Source: an uncultured Peptococcaceae bacterium (GTDB taxonomy: Bacteria > Bacillota > Dehalobacteriia > UBA4068). From it: a DNA stretch of 43,013 bases. Positions 27,209-36,997 of the stretch are shown here, piece by piece (position 1 is the first letter of the stretch; each line of letters starts with the position of its first letter). The position numbers and the translations under genes were made by a program. The notes beneath the pieces are model-generated. The model was not told the origin of the DNA. It saw only the letters and a list, made by a program, of their open reading frames with translations, and did not search any database. The stretch lies in assembly GCA_964425485.1 (NCBI GenBank), contig CAYRML010000003.1, forward strand, positions 1 to 43,013, read 5' to 3'.

Positions 27209-27824
27209 AAAATTGCCGCTGACTTTCGATAAAGTCCTCTGCCAGCTGCAAAAGCTGCTCCCGCCCCTCCTTACTGACGGCCGAAAAGACCACTATATCT
27301 TCCCTGGGCGCGCCCAGTTCCGCGGCGATCTCCCGCACATGCTTTTCCCTTTGGCCGCGGCTAATCTTGTCGGCTTTGCTGGCCACCACCAACAGGCGAT
27401 AGCCGGCATTTTTTAAGATATCGTACATGATTTTATCCTGCTGGCTGGGCTTGTGGCGGATATCGACTATCTGCCAGCAATATTTTTCGCCCATGCGGGA
27501 AAGTAAAAATTCCTCGATCATGGTCAACCATTTTTCCCGCTCGCTTTTGGCCGCCTTGGCATAGCCATAGCCGGGCAGATCCACTAGATACCAGCTGCTG
27601 GCCCCTGATGCCGTCTCTGCCTGCAACAGATAGAAATTCAAGAGCCGCGTCTTGCCCGGCTGGGAGGAGGTGCGAGCCAGATTACGCCGATTGAGCAAAG
27701 TGTTTATCAGCGATGATTTACCCACATTGGAGCGGCCAAGAAAGACTATTTCCGGCAGATTCTGTGGCGGGTACTGCGCTTTTTTGACGGCGGAAACTGC
27801 TAGCTCCGCTTGTTTAATCTTCAT
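27201..27824 (-). CDS. engB: Ribosome biogenesis GTP-binding protein YsxC/EngB
   Basis: GRSNVGKSS, PGKT, DLPGYG and KADK. Confidence 0.96.
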   Translation of the reverse strand: MKIKQAELAVSAVKKAQYPPQNLPEIVFLGRSNVGKSSLINTLLNRRNLARTSSQPGKTRLLNFYLLQAETASGASSWYLVDLPGYGYAKAAKSEREKWLTMIEEFLLSRMGEKYCWQIVDIRHKPSQQDKIMYDILKNAGYRLLVVASKADKISRGQREKHVREIAAELGAPREDIVVFSAVSKEGREQLLQLAEDFIESQRQFST

Positions 27825-27907
27825 ATCTGCTCCTTTGTTCCCAACTTTTGTATATATTAATATATTATATCACTTTTATAATGTATAAACAACAGCATAT
27901 GTTGCAT

Positions 27908-27944
27908 AAAAAAACAAGGGCGCACCAAGCGCCCGTGTTTTTTT
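27908..27944. terminator. Intrinsic terminator after lon
   Basis: aaaaaacaagggcgc-accaa-gcgcccgtgtttttt. Confidence 0.8.
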
Positions 27945-27952
27945 ATTTTTCA

Positions 27953-30361
27953 TTATTGAGCCGCTGCCTTTTCTACCGATAAAAGGGCGATATCCAGCAC
28001 CTGCGACATATCCTCCACAAAGTGGAATTGCATTTTTTTTCTGATATTGGTCGGCAATTCCTCCAAATCCTTAGCATTTTCTGCCGGCATGATGATCTCC
28101 TTGATACCGCCGCGATAGGCCGCCAGCATTTTTTCTTTAATGCCACCCACCGGTAAGACGCGGCCGCGCAAGGTCACTTCCCCAGTCATGGCTATATCAT
28201 CCCTGATGGGGCGACCGGAAAGCTCCGATGCCATAGCCGTGGCCATGGTGATGCCGGCGGAAGGGCCGTCCTTGGGGATTGCTCCTTCCGGCACATGCAC
28301 ATGCAGATTGGTGTTATCAGCCAAATTATTATTGATGCCCAGCCGGTCGGCCACGGACAGGATATAAGTGAGGCCTGCTTGCATACTTTCTTTCATCACA
28401 TCGCCCAATTGGCCGGTGACGGTGGTCTTGCCTTTGCCGGGCAATGACTGCACCTCGATCAGCAGCAGATCGCCGCCCATCTCCGTCCAGGCCAGGCCCG
28501 TAGCGACGCCCACCTGCGCTTTCGGCTCTTTTTTGCCATAATGATATTTGATTATGCCCAGATAATTTTCCAGGTTTTTCTCCGTGATCTTGAAGGGCGG
28601 CTTTTCGCCGGTGACGATCTTTTTGCCAATGCGGCGGCAGATCTTGGCGATCAGCCGTTCCAGATTACGCACTCCCGATTCCCGTGTATAGCCGCGAATG
28701 ACAGCCCGTAGGGCATTCTCCGACATTTGCAGCTGACAAGGCTCGATGCCATGCTCCTCCAGCTGCTTAGGCAGCAAATGACGCAGAGCGATCTGCAATT
28801 TTTCTTCCTCAGTATAGCTGGAAAGCTCTATCACTTCCATCCGATCCAAAAGCGGCCGCGGTATACTGTATTGCACATTAGCCGTGGTGATGAACAAGAC
28901 CTTGGACAGGTCGAAAGGCACTTCTATATAATGGTCGGCGAAGCTGTTGTTCTGCTCCGGATCTAAAGCCTCCAAGAGGGCGCTGGCCGGATCACCTTTG
29001 AAATCGCTGTTCAGCTTGTCGATCTCATCCAAAAGGAAAAGTGGGTTGGAACTGCCGGCCTGCTTGATATTCTGAATGATCTTGCCGGGCAAGGCCCCGA
29101 TATAGGTACGACGATGGCCGCGAATCTCCGCCTCGTCACGCATACCACCCAGCGACATGCGCACGAATTTGCGGCCCAAGGCCCTGGCCACGGAACGAGC
29201 CAACGAGGTTTTGCCCACGCCGGGAGGTCCGACCAGGCATAAAATCGGGCCTTTGAGCCCCTTTTTCAGCTGGCTGGCGGCCATATATTCAAGGATCCGC
29301 TCCTTGACTTTTTCCAGGCCATAGTGGTCCTCGTCCAATATTTTTTCCGCGGCTTTGATATCCAGATCATCTTCCGTATACTTGTTCCACGGCAGATCCA
29401 GCAGCCAATCGATATAATTGCGCACCACAACAGCCTCGGCCACTAGCGGCGGTATCCGTTCCAGGCGGTCTATTTCTTTTTTCACACGCTCTTTTATCTC
29501 CGCCGGCAGCTCCAGTCTTTGCAGCCTGACTCTCAGCTCCTCGACTTCTTCCAGGCGGTCCTCTTTATCGCCCAATTCCTCGTGGATGGCTTTCAGCTGC
29601 TCGCGCAGATAATATTCTTTTTGGCTTTTTTCCACCTGCTGATGGACTTTTTGCGTGATCTTTTTTTCTATCTCAATGATCTCAATTTCCCTGTCTATTT
29701 GCGAGATAAGCATTTCCATGCGTTTTTCTATGCATAGCTCCTCCAATAATTTCTGCTTATATTCCCAGTTCAGATTTAGATAGGAGCAGACTGTATCGCA
29801 GAATATGCCCGGATCGTCTATGCTGGAGAGATTGAACAGGGCTTCCGTGACGATATTTTTATTGGCCTTGGCATAGGCCTTAAAGCTTTGCGATACCACG
29901 CGCATCAGGGCCTCGGATTCCAGCTCGCCGACGGATAAATACTCCTTCAGCGGTGATACCTGCGCCTCTATACAGGGATCGGTTTGCGTATATCGCACTG
30001 TCTTGGCCCTGTATAAGCCCTCTGTGACGATGCGGATGGTGCCGCCCGGCAATTTTATCAGCTGGCTGATTTTAGCCACAGTGCCGATTTCGTAGATATC
30101 CTCGGCTTCCGGGCTATCGATTTTCGGATCTTTCTGCATAGCCAAAAAGATCAGGGCCTCGTCATCAGCCATGGCCGACTCGATGGACTCGATAGAGCGG
30201 TTGCGGCCCACATCAAAATTGACCACCGTATGCGGGAAGAGCAGCATACCCCGCAGTGGCAGCACCGGCAAGGTGAAGATATTTCTATTTTCTGTCTGCC
30301 AGGAAGGCAGGTATTGGTTTGCTTTATTTTGTTCATCAGGTACATTTTGCCAATTTTCCAT
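27953..30361 (-). CDS. lon: ATP-dependent protease La
   Basis: LPVLPLRG, GPPGVGKTS, LLDEIDK and PKDGPSAG (catalytic Ser). Confidence 0.98.
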   Translation of the reverse strand: MENWQNVPDEQNKANQYLPSWQTENRNIFTLPVLPLRGMLLFPHTVVNFDVGRNRSIESIESAMADDEALIFLAMQKDPKIDSPEAEDIYEIGTVAKISQLIKLPGGTIRIVTEGLYRAKTVRYTQTDPCIEAQVSPLKEYLSVGELESEALMRVVSQSFKAYAKANKNIVTEALFNLSSIDDPGIFCDTVCSYLNLNWEYKQKLLEELCIEKRMEMLISQIDREIEIIEIEKKITQKVHQQVEKSQKEYYLREQLKAIHEELGDKEDRLEEVEELRVRLQRLELPAEIKERVKKEIDRLERIPPLVAEAVVVRNYIDWLLDLPWNKYTEDDLDIKAAEKILDEDHYGLEKVKERILEYMAASQLKKGLKGPILCLVGPPGVGKTSLARSVARALGRKFVRMSLGGMRDEAEIRGHRRTYIGALPGKIIQNIKQAGSSNPLFLLDEIDKLNSDFKGDPASALLEALDPEQNNSFADHYIEVPFDLSKVLFITTANVQYSIPRPLLDRMEVIELSSYTEEEKLQIALRHLLPKQLEEHGIEPCQLQMSENALRAVIRGYTRESGVRNLERLIAKICRRIGKKIVTGEKPPFKITEKNLENYLGIIKYHYGKKEPKAQVGVATGLAWTEMGGDLLLIEVQSLPGKGKTTVTGQLGDVMKESMQAGLTYILSVADRLGINNNLADNTNLHVHVPEGAIPKDGPSAGITMATAMASELSGRPIRDDIAMTGEVTLRGRVLPVGGIKEKMLAAYRGGIKEIIMPAENAKDLEELPTNIRKKMQFHFVEDMSQVLDIALLSVEKAAAQ

Positions 30362-30586
30362 TTTAAATCCCCCGGTTGTCTGTTTTTAGGTTGTTACTAT
30401 TCTAACACAAAAGATCGGTTCTGAAAAGCGACTTCTTAATGAATATTATTGACCGTTCTTTACATTTTATTATAAAGGCTTGTACTAAGTACTATGTCGG
30501 CCGGCAAATTTTTCTTGTTCCTGCTAAAACAAATGCGCCCTTTTATGGCAAAGGACGCATTTGGTATTTTACCTTTAAGCACAGCT

Positions 30587-31870
30587 TCAGGCCGATTCAT
30601 CAGCCTCTTGTTCCGGCTCCTCTTCTGTTTGGCTGCAGGTGAACAAAATCGGCTTTTCCTTATGCTCGGCCGCGGCCTGAGTGACGACGCATTTGCTGAC
30701 ATCCTCCCGCGAGGGGATATCGAACATCACATCCATCATCAAATCCTCCAAAATGGCCCGCAGGCCGCGCGCGCCGGTATTGCGCCGGATAGCTTCCTGG
30801 GCGATAGTACGCAGGGCATCCTTTTTGAATTCCAGATCCACGCCGTCCATTTCCAGCAATTTTTTATATTGCTTGGTCAGTGCATTTTTGGGCTCGGTCA
30901 GCACTCGTACCAAAGCCTCCTCATCCAAAGCGCTGAGCGTGACGATGATGGGCAAACGGCCGACAAATTCCGGGATCAGCCCAAATTTCAGCAAATCTTC
31001 AGGCAAAATTTTAGCCAATATGTCATCTTTTTGCAGGTCCTTTTTGCTGCGGACCTCGGAGCCGAAGCCCATTGTGTTGCGGCCCAGACGGTTCTGGATG
31101 ATATCCTCGATGCCGCCGAAAGCGCCGCCGCAGATGAAGAGGATATTGGTGGTGTCCAGCTGAATAAATTCCTGATGCGGATGCTTGCGCCCGCCTTGCG
31201 GCGGCACGCTGGCCACGGTGCCTTCCAGTATTTTCAGCAGCGTTTGCTGCACGCCTTCGCCGGAAACGTCGCGGGTGATGGAGGGATTTTCCGATTTTCT
31301 GGCGATTTTATCGATCTCGTCGATATAAATGATGCCCTTTTCTGCCCTCTCGATATCATAATCGGCGGCCTGGATGAGCTTTAAGAGGATATTTTCCACA
31401 TCCTCGCCCACATAGCCGGCCTCCGTCAGGGAGGTGGCATCCGCCACGGCAAATGGCACATTGATGACATGGGCCAAAGTCTGGGCCAGCAACGTCTTGC
31501 CGCAGCCGGTCGGCCCCAGCATTACGATATTGCTTTTTTGCAGCTCCACATCATCATTTACCGCTATATCATCATTGGTAATACGTTTATAGTGATTGTA
31601 TACGGCCACAGACAAAGATTTTTTAGCTGCGTCCTGGCCGATAACATATTGATCCAGTATATCTTTGATTTCCTGTGGTTTGGGGATATCCCAGACTTCC
31701 TCCTGCTGGTCAGCAAGATATTCTTCGTCTTCGCGCAGGATTTCATTGCACAGCTCGATACACTCATTGCAAATATAGGCGCCAGGGCCGGCAATGAGCT
31801 TTTTGACCTGATTTTGCGATTTGCCACAAAAAGAGCATTTTGTAAGTGTTTTTTCCTCTTTTTTAACCAT
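30587..31870 (-). CDS. clpX: ATP-dependent Clp protease ATP-binding subunit
   Basis: CSFCGK..ICNEC zinc finger, [17 protein letters not shown] and RKHP. Confidence 0.98.
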   Translation of the reverse strand: MVKKEEKTLTKCSFCGKSQNQVKKLIAGPGAYICNECIELCNEILREDEEYLADQQEEVWDIPKPQEIKDILDQYVIGQDAAKKSLSVAVYNHYKRITNDDIAVNDDVELQKSNIVMLGPTGCGKTLLAQTLAHVINVPFAVADATSLTEAGYVGEDVENILLKLIQAADYDIERAEKGIIYIDEIDKIARKSENPSITRDVSGEGVQQTLLKILEGTVASVPPQGGRKHPHQEFIQLDTTNILFICGGAFGGIEDIIQNRLGRNTMGFGSEVRSKKDLQKDDILAKILPEDLLKFGLIPEFVGRLPIIVTLSALDEEALVRVLTEPKNALTKQYKKLLEMDGVDLEFKKDALRTIAQEAIRRNTGARGLRAILEDLMMDVMFDIPSREDVSKCVVTQAAAEHKEKPILFTCSQTEEEPEQEADESA

Positions 31871-31937
31871 TGATTTTCCTCTGATTCTTCTCTAGTCTTA
31901 AATTCATACAGTCTTCTGCCACTGACGGCGACAGAGC

Positions 31938-32537
31938 TTATTTTTCTTTCTTGCCGCGATGGGTCACCACCTGATCGATCAGGCCGTAATCCTTAGCATC
32001 GGCCGCATCCATGAAGAAATCGCGATCGGTATCGGCAGCGATTTTTGCTAAAGGTTGGCCCGTGCGTTCGGCCAGGATGCGATTAATGGCGTCCTTGGTA
32101 TGCAATATCCTTTTGGCATGGATAGCGATATCAGAAGCCTGGCCTTGGGCGCCGCCCATCGGCTGATGGATCATGATCTCGCTGTTGGGCAAAGCAAATC
32201 TTTTGCCCGCTTGACCCGCAGCCAGCAAAAAGGCGCCCATGCTGGCGGCCATGCCCAAACAAATCGTAGAAACATCACAGCATATATATTGCATGGTATC
32301 ATAAATGGCCATGCCTGCAGTTACGGAGCCGCCGGGGCTGTTGATATAAAGCCTGATATCCTTATCCGGATCTTCCGCTTCTAAAAACAGCATCTGAGCA
32401 ATGACCAGATTGGCCACATTGTCGTCGATGGCGCTGCCCAGAAAGATAACTCTGTCCTTCAGCAAGCGAGAATAAATATCATAGGATCTTTCGCCGCGAT
32501 TGGTCTGTTCGATGACCATTGGTACTAATATACTCAT
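31938..32537 (-). CDS. clpP: Clp protease proteolytic subunit
   Basis: [20 protein letters not shown] and HQP. Start moved to ATG 32537 after GGAGGT. Confidence 0.98.
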   Translation of the reverse strand: MSILVPMVIEQTNRGERSYDIYSRLLKDRVIFLGSAIDDNVANLVIAQMLFLEAEDPDKDIRLYINSPGGSVTAGMAIYDTMQYICCDVSTICLGMAASMGAFLLAAGQAGKRFALPNSEIMIHQPMGGAQGQASDIAIHAKRILHTKDAINRILAERTGQPLAKIAADTDRDFFMDAADAKDYGLIDQVVTHRGKKEK

Positions 32538-32664
32538 CAATTTGCACCTCCATACGCAATACAATTTATACCCGATCCAAGCGCAAAATATACCTCGAAT
32601 ATCTGAAGTGGGGCTCGGGCAAAATCAATTTTTGCACTTTATTTTTCTTATTTACTCGTCTTTT

Positions 32665-34317
32665 TTACTTATCTTCTTTCTTATCTTCTTTCTTAGCTGC
32701 CGGCTTTTTGGCAGCGGGCTTCTTGGCCGCAGGTTTTTCCGCCTTCTCGGCTTTATCGGCTTTTTCCGCCTTGGGGGCCGCGGCTTTTTTAGTTGCCGTC
32801 TTTTTGGGTTTTTCTTCCGCTGTTTCCTCTTTTGTGGCCGCCGTCTTTTTGGCTGCCGATTTTTTGGCCGCAGCTTTTACCGTTTTTTCTTCTATCTTAT
32901 CTTCCGGCTGGGCAGCCTCAGCTTCTTTATCCAAGTCCTCGATAGCGGCGGCAGCTTGGGCGGCCTCATCGGCAATGGCTTGGGCGGCCCTGGCTTCTGC
33001 TTCTGCTTTGGTGATATGTTCTTCCGTCACCGCAGCCTTGTCATAGATAAGCTTGCCGGCCTTATTGCAGAGGATATTTGTTTTTAGCTCCGGCATGGCG
33101 CCCTGGGACTCCAGGCTGGCTCTGATGGATTCCACGGATTTCCAGGATTTTTCCGCTAATCTGTACAATTGTTTTTCTATATCTTCTTCCGAAACTTCCA
33201 GATCTTCCGATTTAGCGATAGCTTCCAGCACCAGCTGCAATTTGATTTCGTTTTCAGCCTGCGGACGATATTCCTTCTTCAGCTGCTCTCTGTCAATCTT
33301 GGCATATTTCAGATATTCGTCAAAATTAATGCCCTGACCACGGAACTTGCTTTCCAGCTCCATAATCAGCAATTCCAGACGTTCTTCTATCATAGAATCC
33401 GGGATCTCGACTGTGGCATTATCAACCGCCATCTGGATACCAGCGGAAATGGCCATATCCTGGGCCTCGGAATCCTTGTCGTCCATCAAAGTCATTTTGA
33501 TGTCGGAAAGTAAATCGGCCATGGTATTGCAATTTTCGCTGAGCTCCTTGGCGAACGCGTCATTGGCTTCCGGCAATTCTTTTCTTTTGATTTTGCTGAG
33601 CGTCACTTTAAAGAGCGCCGGTTTGCCGGCCAGTTTTTTCTGCGGATAATCTTCCGGGAAAGTGACATTGACATCTTTGCTTTCGCCGGCGGCCATGCCA
33701 ATCAATTGCTCCTCAAAACCGGGGATAAAGGAGCCAGAGCCGACTTCCAGTGAATAATCGTCGAAAGAGCCGCCTTTGAAGGGCTTATTATCGATGAAGC
33801 CTTTGAAGGAGATGACGGCTTTGTCGCCTTTTTCCACCTTGGCATCTGCCGGTGCGTCCACGACGCGGGCCAAACGTTCCCGCGATTTTTGTAATTCGGC
33901 TTCTATATCTTCTTCGGTCACTTCATAAACGACCTTGTTCAGAGAAAGTTCTTTATATTGTCCCAATTCCACTTCCGGTCTGATGGTCACAATCGCTTTG
34001 AAGATCAAAGGTTTGTCTTTTTCCATTTGCGTGACTTCTATCTGAGGACGGGCCACGGCTTTGATATCATTTTCCTCCAGGGCTTCGTCATAGGCCTTGG
34101 CTATGATATCTTCGGCTGCTTCCTGCATGATAGCTTCCGCACCGATATAATTTTCCAAAACGGCATAAGGCACTTTGCCTTTGCGGAAACCGGGTATATT
34201 TATTTGGCGGGCGATTTTTTTGCCAGCGACTTTAAGCTCCGGTTCCATTTCCGCCATGGATACCTCGACCTCCAGTATCAGTTGGCTTTTTTCACCTTGG
34301 TTGACTTGAGACTTCAT
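32665..34317 (-). CDS. tig: Trigger factor with a long Lys/Ala-rich C-terminal tail
   Basis: IPGFRKGKVP ribosome-binding motif, FIPGFEEQL FKBP domain; upstream of clpP. Confidence 0.96.
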   Translation of the reverse strand: MKSQVNQGEKSQLILEVEVSMAEMEPELKVAGKKIARQINIPGFRKGKVPYAVLENYIGAEAIMQEAAEDIIAKAYDEALEENDIKAVARPQIEVTQMEKDKPLIFKAIVTIRPEVELGQYKELSLNKVVYEVTEEDIEAELQKSRERLARVVDAPADAKVEKGDKAVISFKGFIDNKPFKGGSFDDYSLEVGSGSFIPGFEEQLIGMAAGESKDVNVTFPEDYPQKKLAGKPALFKVTLSKIKRKELPEANDAFAKELSENCNTMADLLSDIKMTLMDDKDSEAQDMAISAGIQMAVDNATVEIPDSMIEERLELLIMELESKFRGQGINFDEYLKYAKIDREQLKKEYRPQAENEIKLQLVLEAIAKSEDLEVSEEDIEKQLYRLAEKSWKSVESIRASLESQGAMPELKTNILCNKAGKLIYDKAAVTEEHITKAEAEARAAQAIADEAAQAAAAIEDLDKEAEAAQPEDKIEEKTVKAAAKKSAAKKTAATKEETAEEKPKKTATKKAAAPKAEKADKAEKAEKPAAKKPAAKKPAAKKEDKKEDK

Positions 34318-34448
34318 TAAATTTCCTCCTTAATTCCCTGATTATTTCTAGCGTCTGCTAAACAGCCAAATGTTTATATTCTATGCATGAAAACATTTTC
34401 CTGCTTTGTGGCCATAAATAACTTGCTCCCTCTGCTGATTATGATTAA

Positions 34449-34952
34449 TTATACCAGCGCATCTTTTTCCAGCAGCAGCAGCCGTTCCTTAAGCGAAAGC
34501 CCGCCGGCATAGCCCGTCAGACGGCCGTTGGCGCCGACCACGCGATGGCAGGGGATGATGATGGCGATGGGGTTATGGTGGTTGGCAGAGCCCACAGCCC
34601 TGGCGGCCCGCGCATTGCCGATATCGGTGGCAATCTGACCATAGCTACGCGTTTGCCCATAAGGGATAGCCAAAAGCTCCTGCCACACCTGCTGCCTGAA
34701 AGAGGTGCCCTGTGGCGCCAGCGGCAGAGAAAATTGGCGCAGATGACCGGCCAAATAGGCCTGCAATTGCGCCCCCGCCTCCCTTAAAAGAGGGGTTTGC
34801 TGCTCTTCGGCTGTGGCTATTATCTGCTGCCGCCTCTTAAGCAAACTGCCCGAGAGCGGGCAATCGGCAAAAAAGAGGTCGGTGAGGGCATCATTTTGCT
34901 CTGCCAGGCCGAAGCGGCCAAAATCGCTATCATAAAAATAGAGTTTTTTCAT
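34449..34952 (-). CDS. ogt: Methylated-DNA--protein-cysteine S-methyltransferase
   Basis: IPYGQTRSY, RAVG, IPCHRV and GYAGG. Confidence 0.95.
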   Translation of the reverse strand: MKKLYFYDSDFGRFGLAEQNDALTDLFFADCPLSGSLLKRRQQIIATAEEQQTPLLREAGAQLQAYLAGHLRQFSLPLAPQGTSFRQQVWQELLAIPYGQTRSYGQIATDIGNARAARAVGSANHHNPIAIIIPCHRVVGANGRLTGYAGGLSLKERLLLLEKDALV

Positions 34953-35094
34953 GCGCTTGTCCCTTTTTTTTATCGTAACTATTGTATTATATCATAATAA
35001 TCAATTAATTGTTAAACATTATAATGTAATTTTTCTTAAAAATCACCATCTTTTATGATATAATTACAAAAAACCGTAGCGGAGGTAGCAAGCC

Positions 35095-35793
35095 ATGGAA
35101 AAAGCTCTGGTTTTGAGCAGCGGCGGCATCGATTCCACCACCTGCCTGGCTGTAGCCATCGAGCGGCTGGGCCCTGATAATGTCTCTTCCCTGTCCATTT
35201 TTTACGGGCAGAAGCAACGTAAGGAGCTGGATTGCGCTCACAAGATAGCCGATTATTACGGCATCAGGCATTACGAGCTGGACCTTTCCGCGGTCATGGC
35301 CTATGCCGACACACCTATGCTGGCCAAAAGCCAAGAAAATATACCGCAGCAAAGTTATGCCGAGCAGCTGGCTCAAAGTCCCGGCGGCATCGTCAAGACC
35401 TATGTGCCTTTTCGTAACGGACTCTTTCTCTCTGCGGCCGCCAGCTTGGCCATGTCTCTTGCAAAAGAGGAAGAAACCGGCATCTATCTGGGCGCCCATG
35501 CAGACGATGCGGCCGGGCGCGCCTATGCTGACTGCACACCTGAATTCACGCAGGCCATGGGACAAGCCATCAGCCTCGGCACCTATGACAAGATCAGCCT
35601 GGTCTCCCCTTTTATCAATCTCAACAAGGCTCAAATCGTGCGCCTGGGCCTGGAGCTGGGCGTGCCTTATCAATATACCTGGAGCTGCTATGAGGGCGGC
35701 GATCAACCCTGCGGCCTATGCGCCACCTGCCTGGACAGGCAGCAGGCCTTCGCAGCCTGCGGCATCGCAGACCCCGCCTTGGCCACCGAATAA
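35095..35793 (+). CDS. queC: 7-cyano-7-deazaguanine synthase
   Basis: SGGIDS, YGQ, YVPFRN, YxDC and TWSCY..CGLCATC. Confidence 0.95.
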   Translation: MEKALVLSSGGIDSTTCLAVAIERLGPDNVSSLSIFYGQKQRKELDCAHKIADYYGIRHYELDLSAVMAYADTPMLAKSQENIPQQSYAEQLAQSPGGIVKTYVPFRNGLFLSAAASLAMSLAKEEETGIYLGAHADDAAGRAYADCTPEFTQAMGQAISLGTYDKISLVSPFINLNKAQIVRLGLELGVPYQYTWSCYEGGDQPCGLCATCLDRQQAFAACGIADPALATE

Positions 35794-35810
35794 GAACAGG
35801 AGCTGAAATT

Positions 35811-36143
35811 ATGTATTATGTAGTCAAAAAAGTCAATATATCGGCCGCCCACCGGCTGGAGCTGGATTATGAAAGCAAATGCCAGAACATCCACGGCCAC
35901 AACTGGCTCATCACCGTCTATTGCAAATCGGCCACGCTCAACCAAAACGGCATGGTCACAGATTTTTCTTCCATCAAGGAACAGATAGAGGATTTTCTCG
36001 ATCATAAGTATCTCAATGACATTTTCGCCTTCAATCCCACCTCCGAGCAGATCGCCAAATGGATTGTCGATCATATTCCCAACTGCTATAAGGCCGAGGT
36101 GCAGGAAAGCGACGGCAATCTGGCCTGCTATGAAAAGGACTGA
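35811..36143 (+). CDS. queD: 6-carboxy-5,6,7,8-tetrahydropterin synthase
   Basis: AAHRL, CQNIHGHNW, DF, LDH and NPTSE. Start moved to ATG 35811 after AGGAG. Confidence 0.93.
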   Translation: MYYVVKKVNISAAHRLELDYESKCQNIHGHNWLITVYCKSATLNQNGMVTDFSSIKEQIEDFLDHKYLNDIFAFNPTSEQIAKWIVDHIPNCYKAEVQESDGNLACYEKD

Positions 36144-36146
36144 GCT

Positions 36147-36791
36147 ATGAAAGTCTGCGAGATATTCCACAGCATCGAGGGCGAAGGCATCCGCTGCGGC
36201 TATCCTGCCGTTTTTGTCCGCCTTTATGGCTGCAATCTGGCCTGCGGCTATTGCGACAGCCGTTATGCCTGTCAGGGCGATCAGTTCAGGGAGCTGAGCC
36301 CCCACCAGATAGTGCAGCGGATCGGCCGCTATGACTGCTGGCGCCTGACGCTGACGGGCGGCGAGCCACTTTTGCAGCCGCAAACACCGGAACTGGCGCA
36401 TCTTTTGACCGAGGCCGGCTATGAGCTGAACATCGAGACCAACGGCAGCCTGGACATCGGCCCCTATATAAATAATGAAAAGATCATCATCACCATGGAT
36501 AGCAAGCTGCCCACAAGCGACATGGCCGGACAGATGCTGGAGGCCAATCTGCCGCTTTTGCGCCGGCAGGATGTGCTGAAGTTTGTGGCGAGCAGTCAAG
36601 AGGACCTGCTTGTGGCAAAAAGCCTGATCCAAGCACATAAGCCGATCTGCCATATCTTTTTCAGCCCCGTCTTCGGACGGCTGGCGCCGGTGCAAATCGT
36701 CGATTTTCTGCTGTGCGAAGGGCTTAACGATTGTCGTTTGCAGCTGCAACTGCATAAAATCGTCTGGGATCCGCAGCAAAGAGGAGTCTGA
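36147..36791 (+). CDS. queE: 7-carboxy-7-deazaguanine synthase (radical SAM)
   Basis: EIFHSIEGEG, CNLACGYCD, TGGEP, ETNG and QLHK. Confidence 0.95.
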   Translation: MKVCEIFHSIEGEGIRCGYPAVFVRLYGCNLACGYCDSRYACQGDQFRELSPHQIVQRIGRYDCWRLTLTGGEPLLQPQTPELAHLLTEAGYELNIETNGSLDIGPYINNEKIIITMDSKLPTSDMAGQMLEANLPLLRRQDVLKFVASSQEDLLVAKSLIQAHKPICHIFFSPVFGRLAPVQIVDFLLCEGLNDCRLQLQLHKIVWDPQQRGV

Positions 36792-36826
36792 GCATGCCAT
36801 AAATGCTTCTTCTTTTGAGGCCGAAA

Positions 36827-36853
36827 GGCCGGCTCGAAGGCCGGTCTTTTTTT
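36827..36853 (+). terminator. Intrinsic terminator after queE
   Basis: aaggccggc-tcgaag-gccggtctt followed by a T tract. Confidence 0.7.
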
Positions 36854-36932
36854 GCAGCATAGCCCCGCAAAAAAAGATGTGCGAAAGTGGCCAAAGAAAA
36901 AAATCCAAATTTTGCACCTTATATGAAATAAC

Positions 36933-36961
36933 TTGCCAAAACTCGACTATTGGTTTAAAAT
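36933..36961 (+). promoter_or_regulatory. Sigma-A promoter of the MBOAT operon
   Basis: TTGCCA-17 nt-TAAAAT. Confidence 0.55.
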
Positions 36962-36997
36962 ACTTGAGTATATATTTTCCGCAACAGAGGAGTACAT

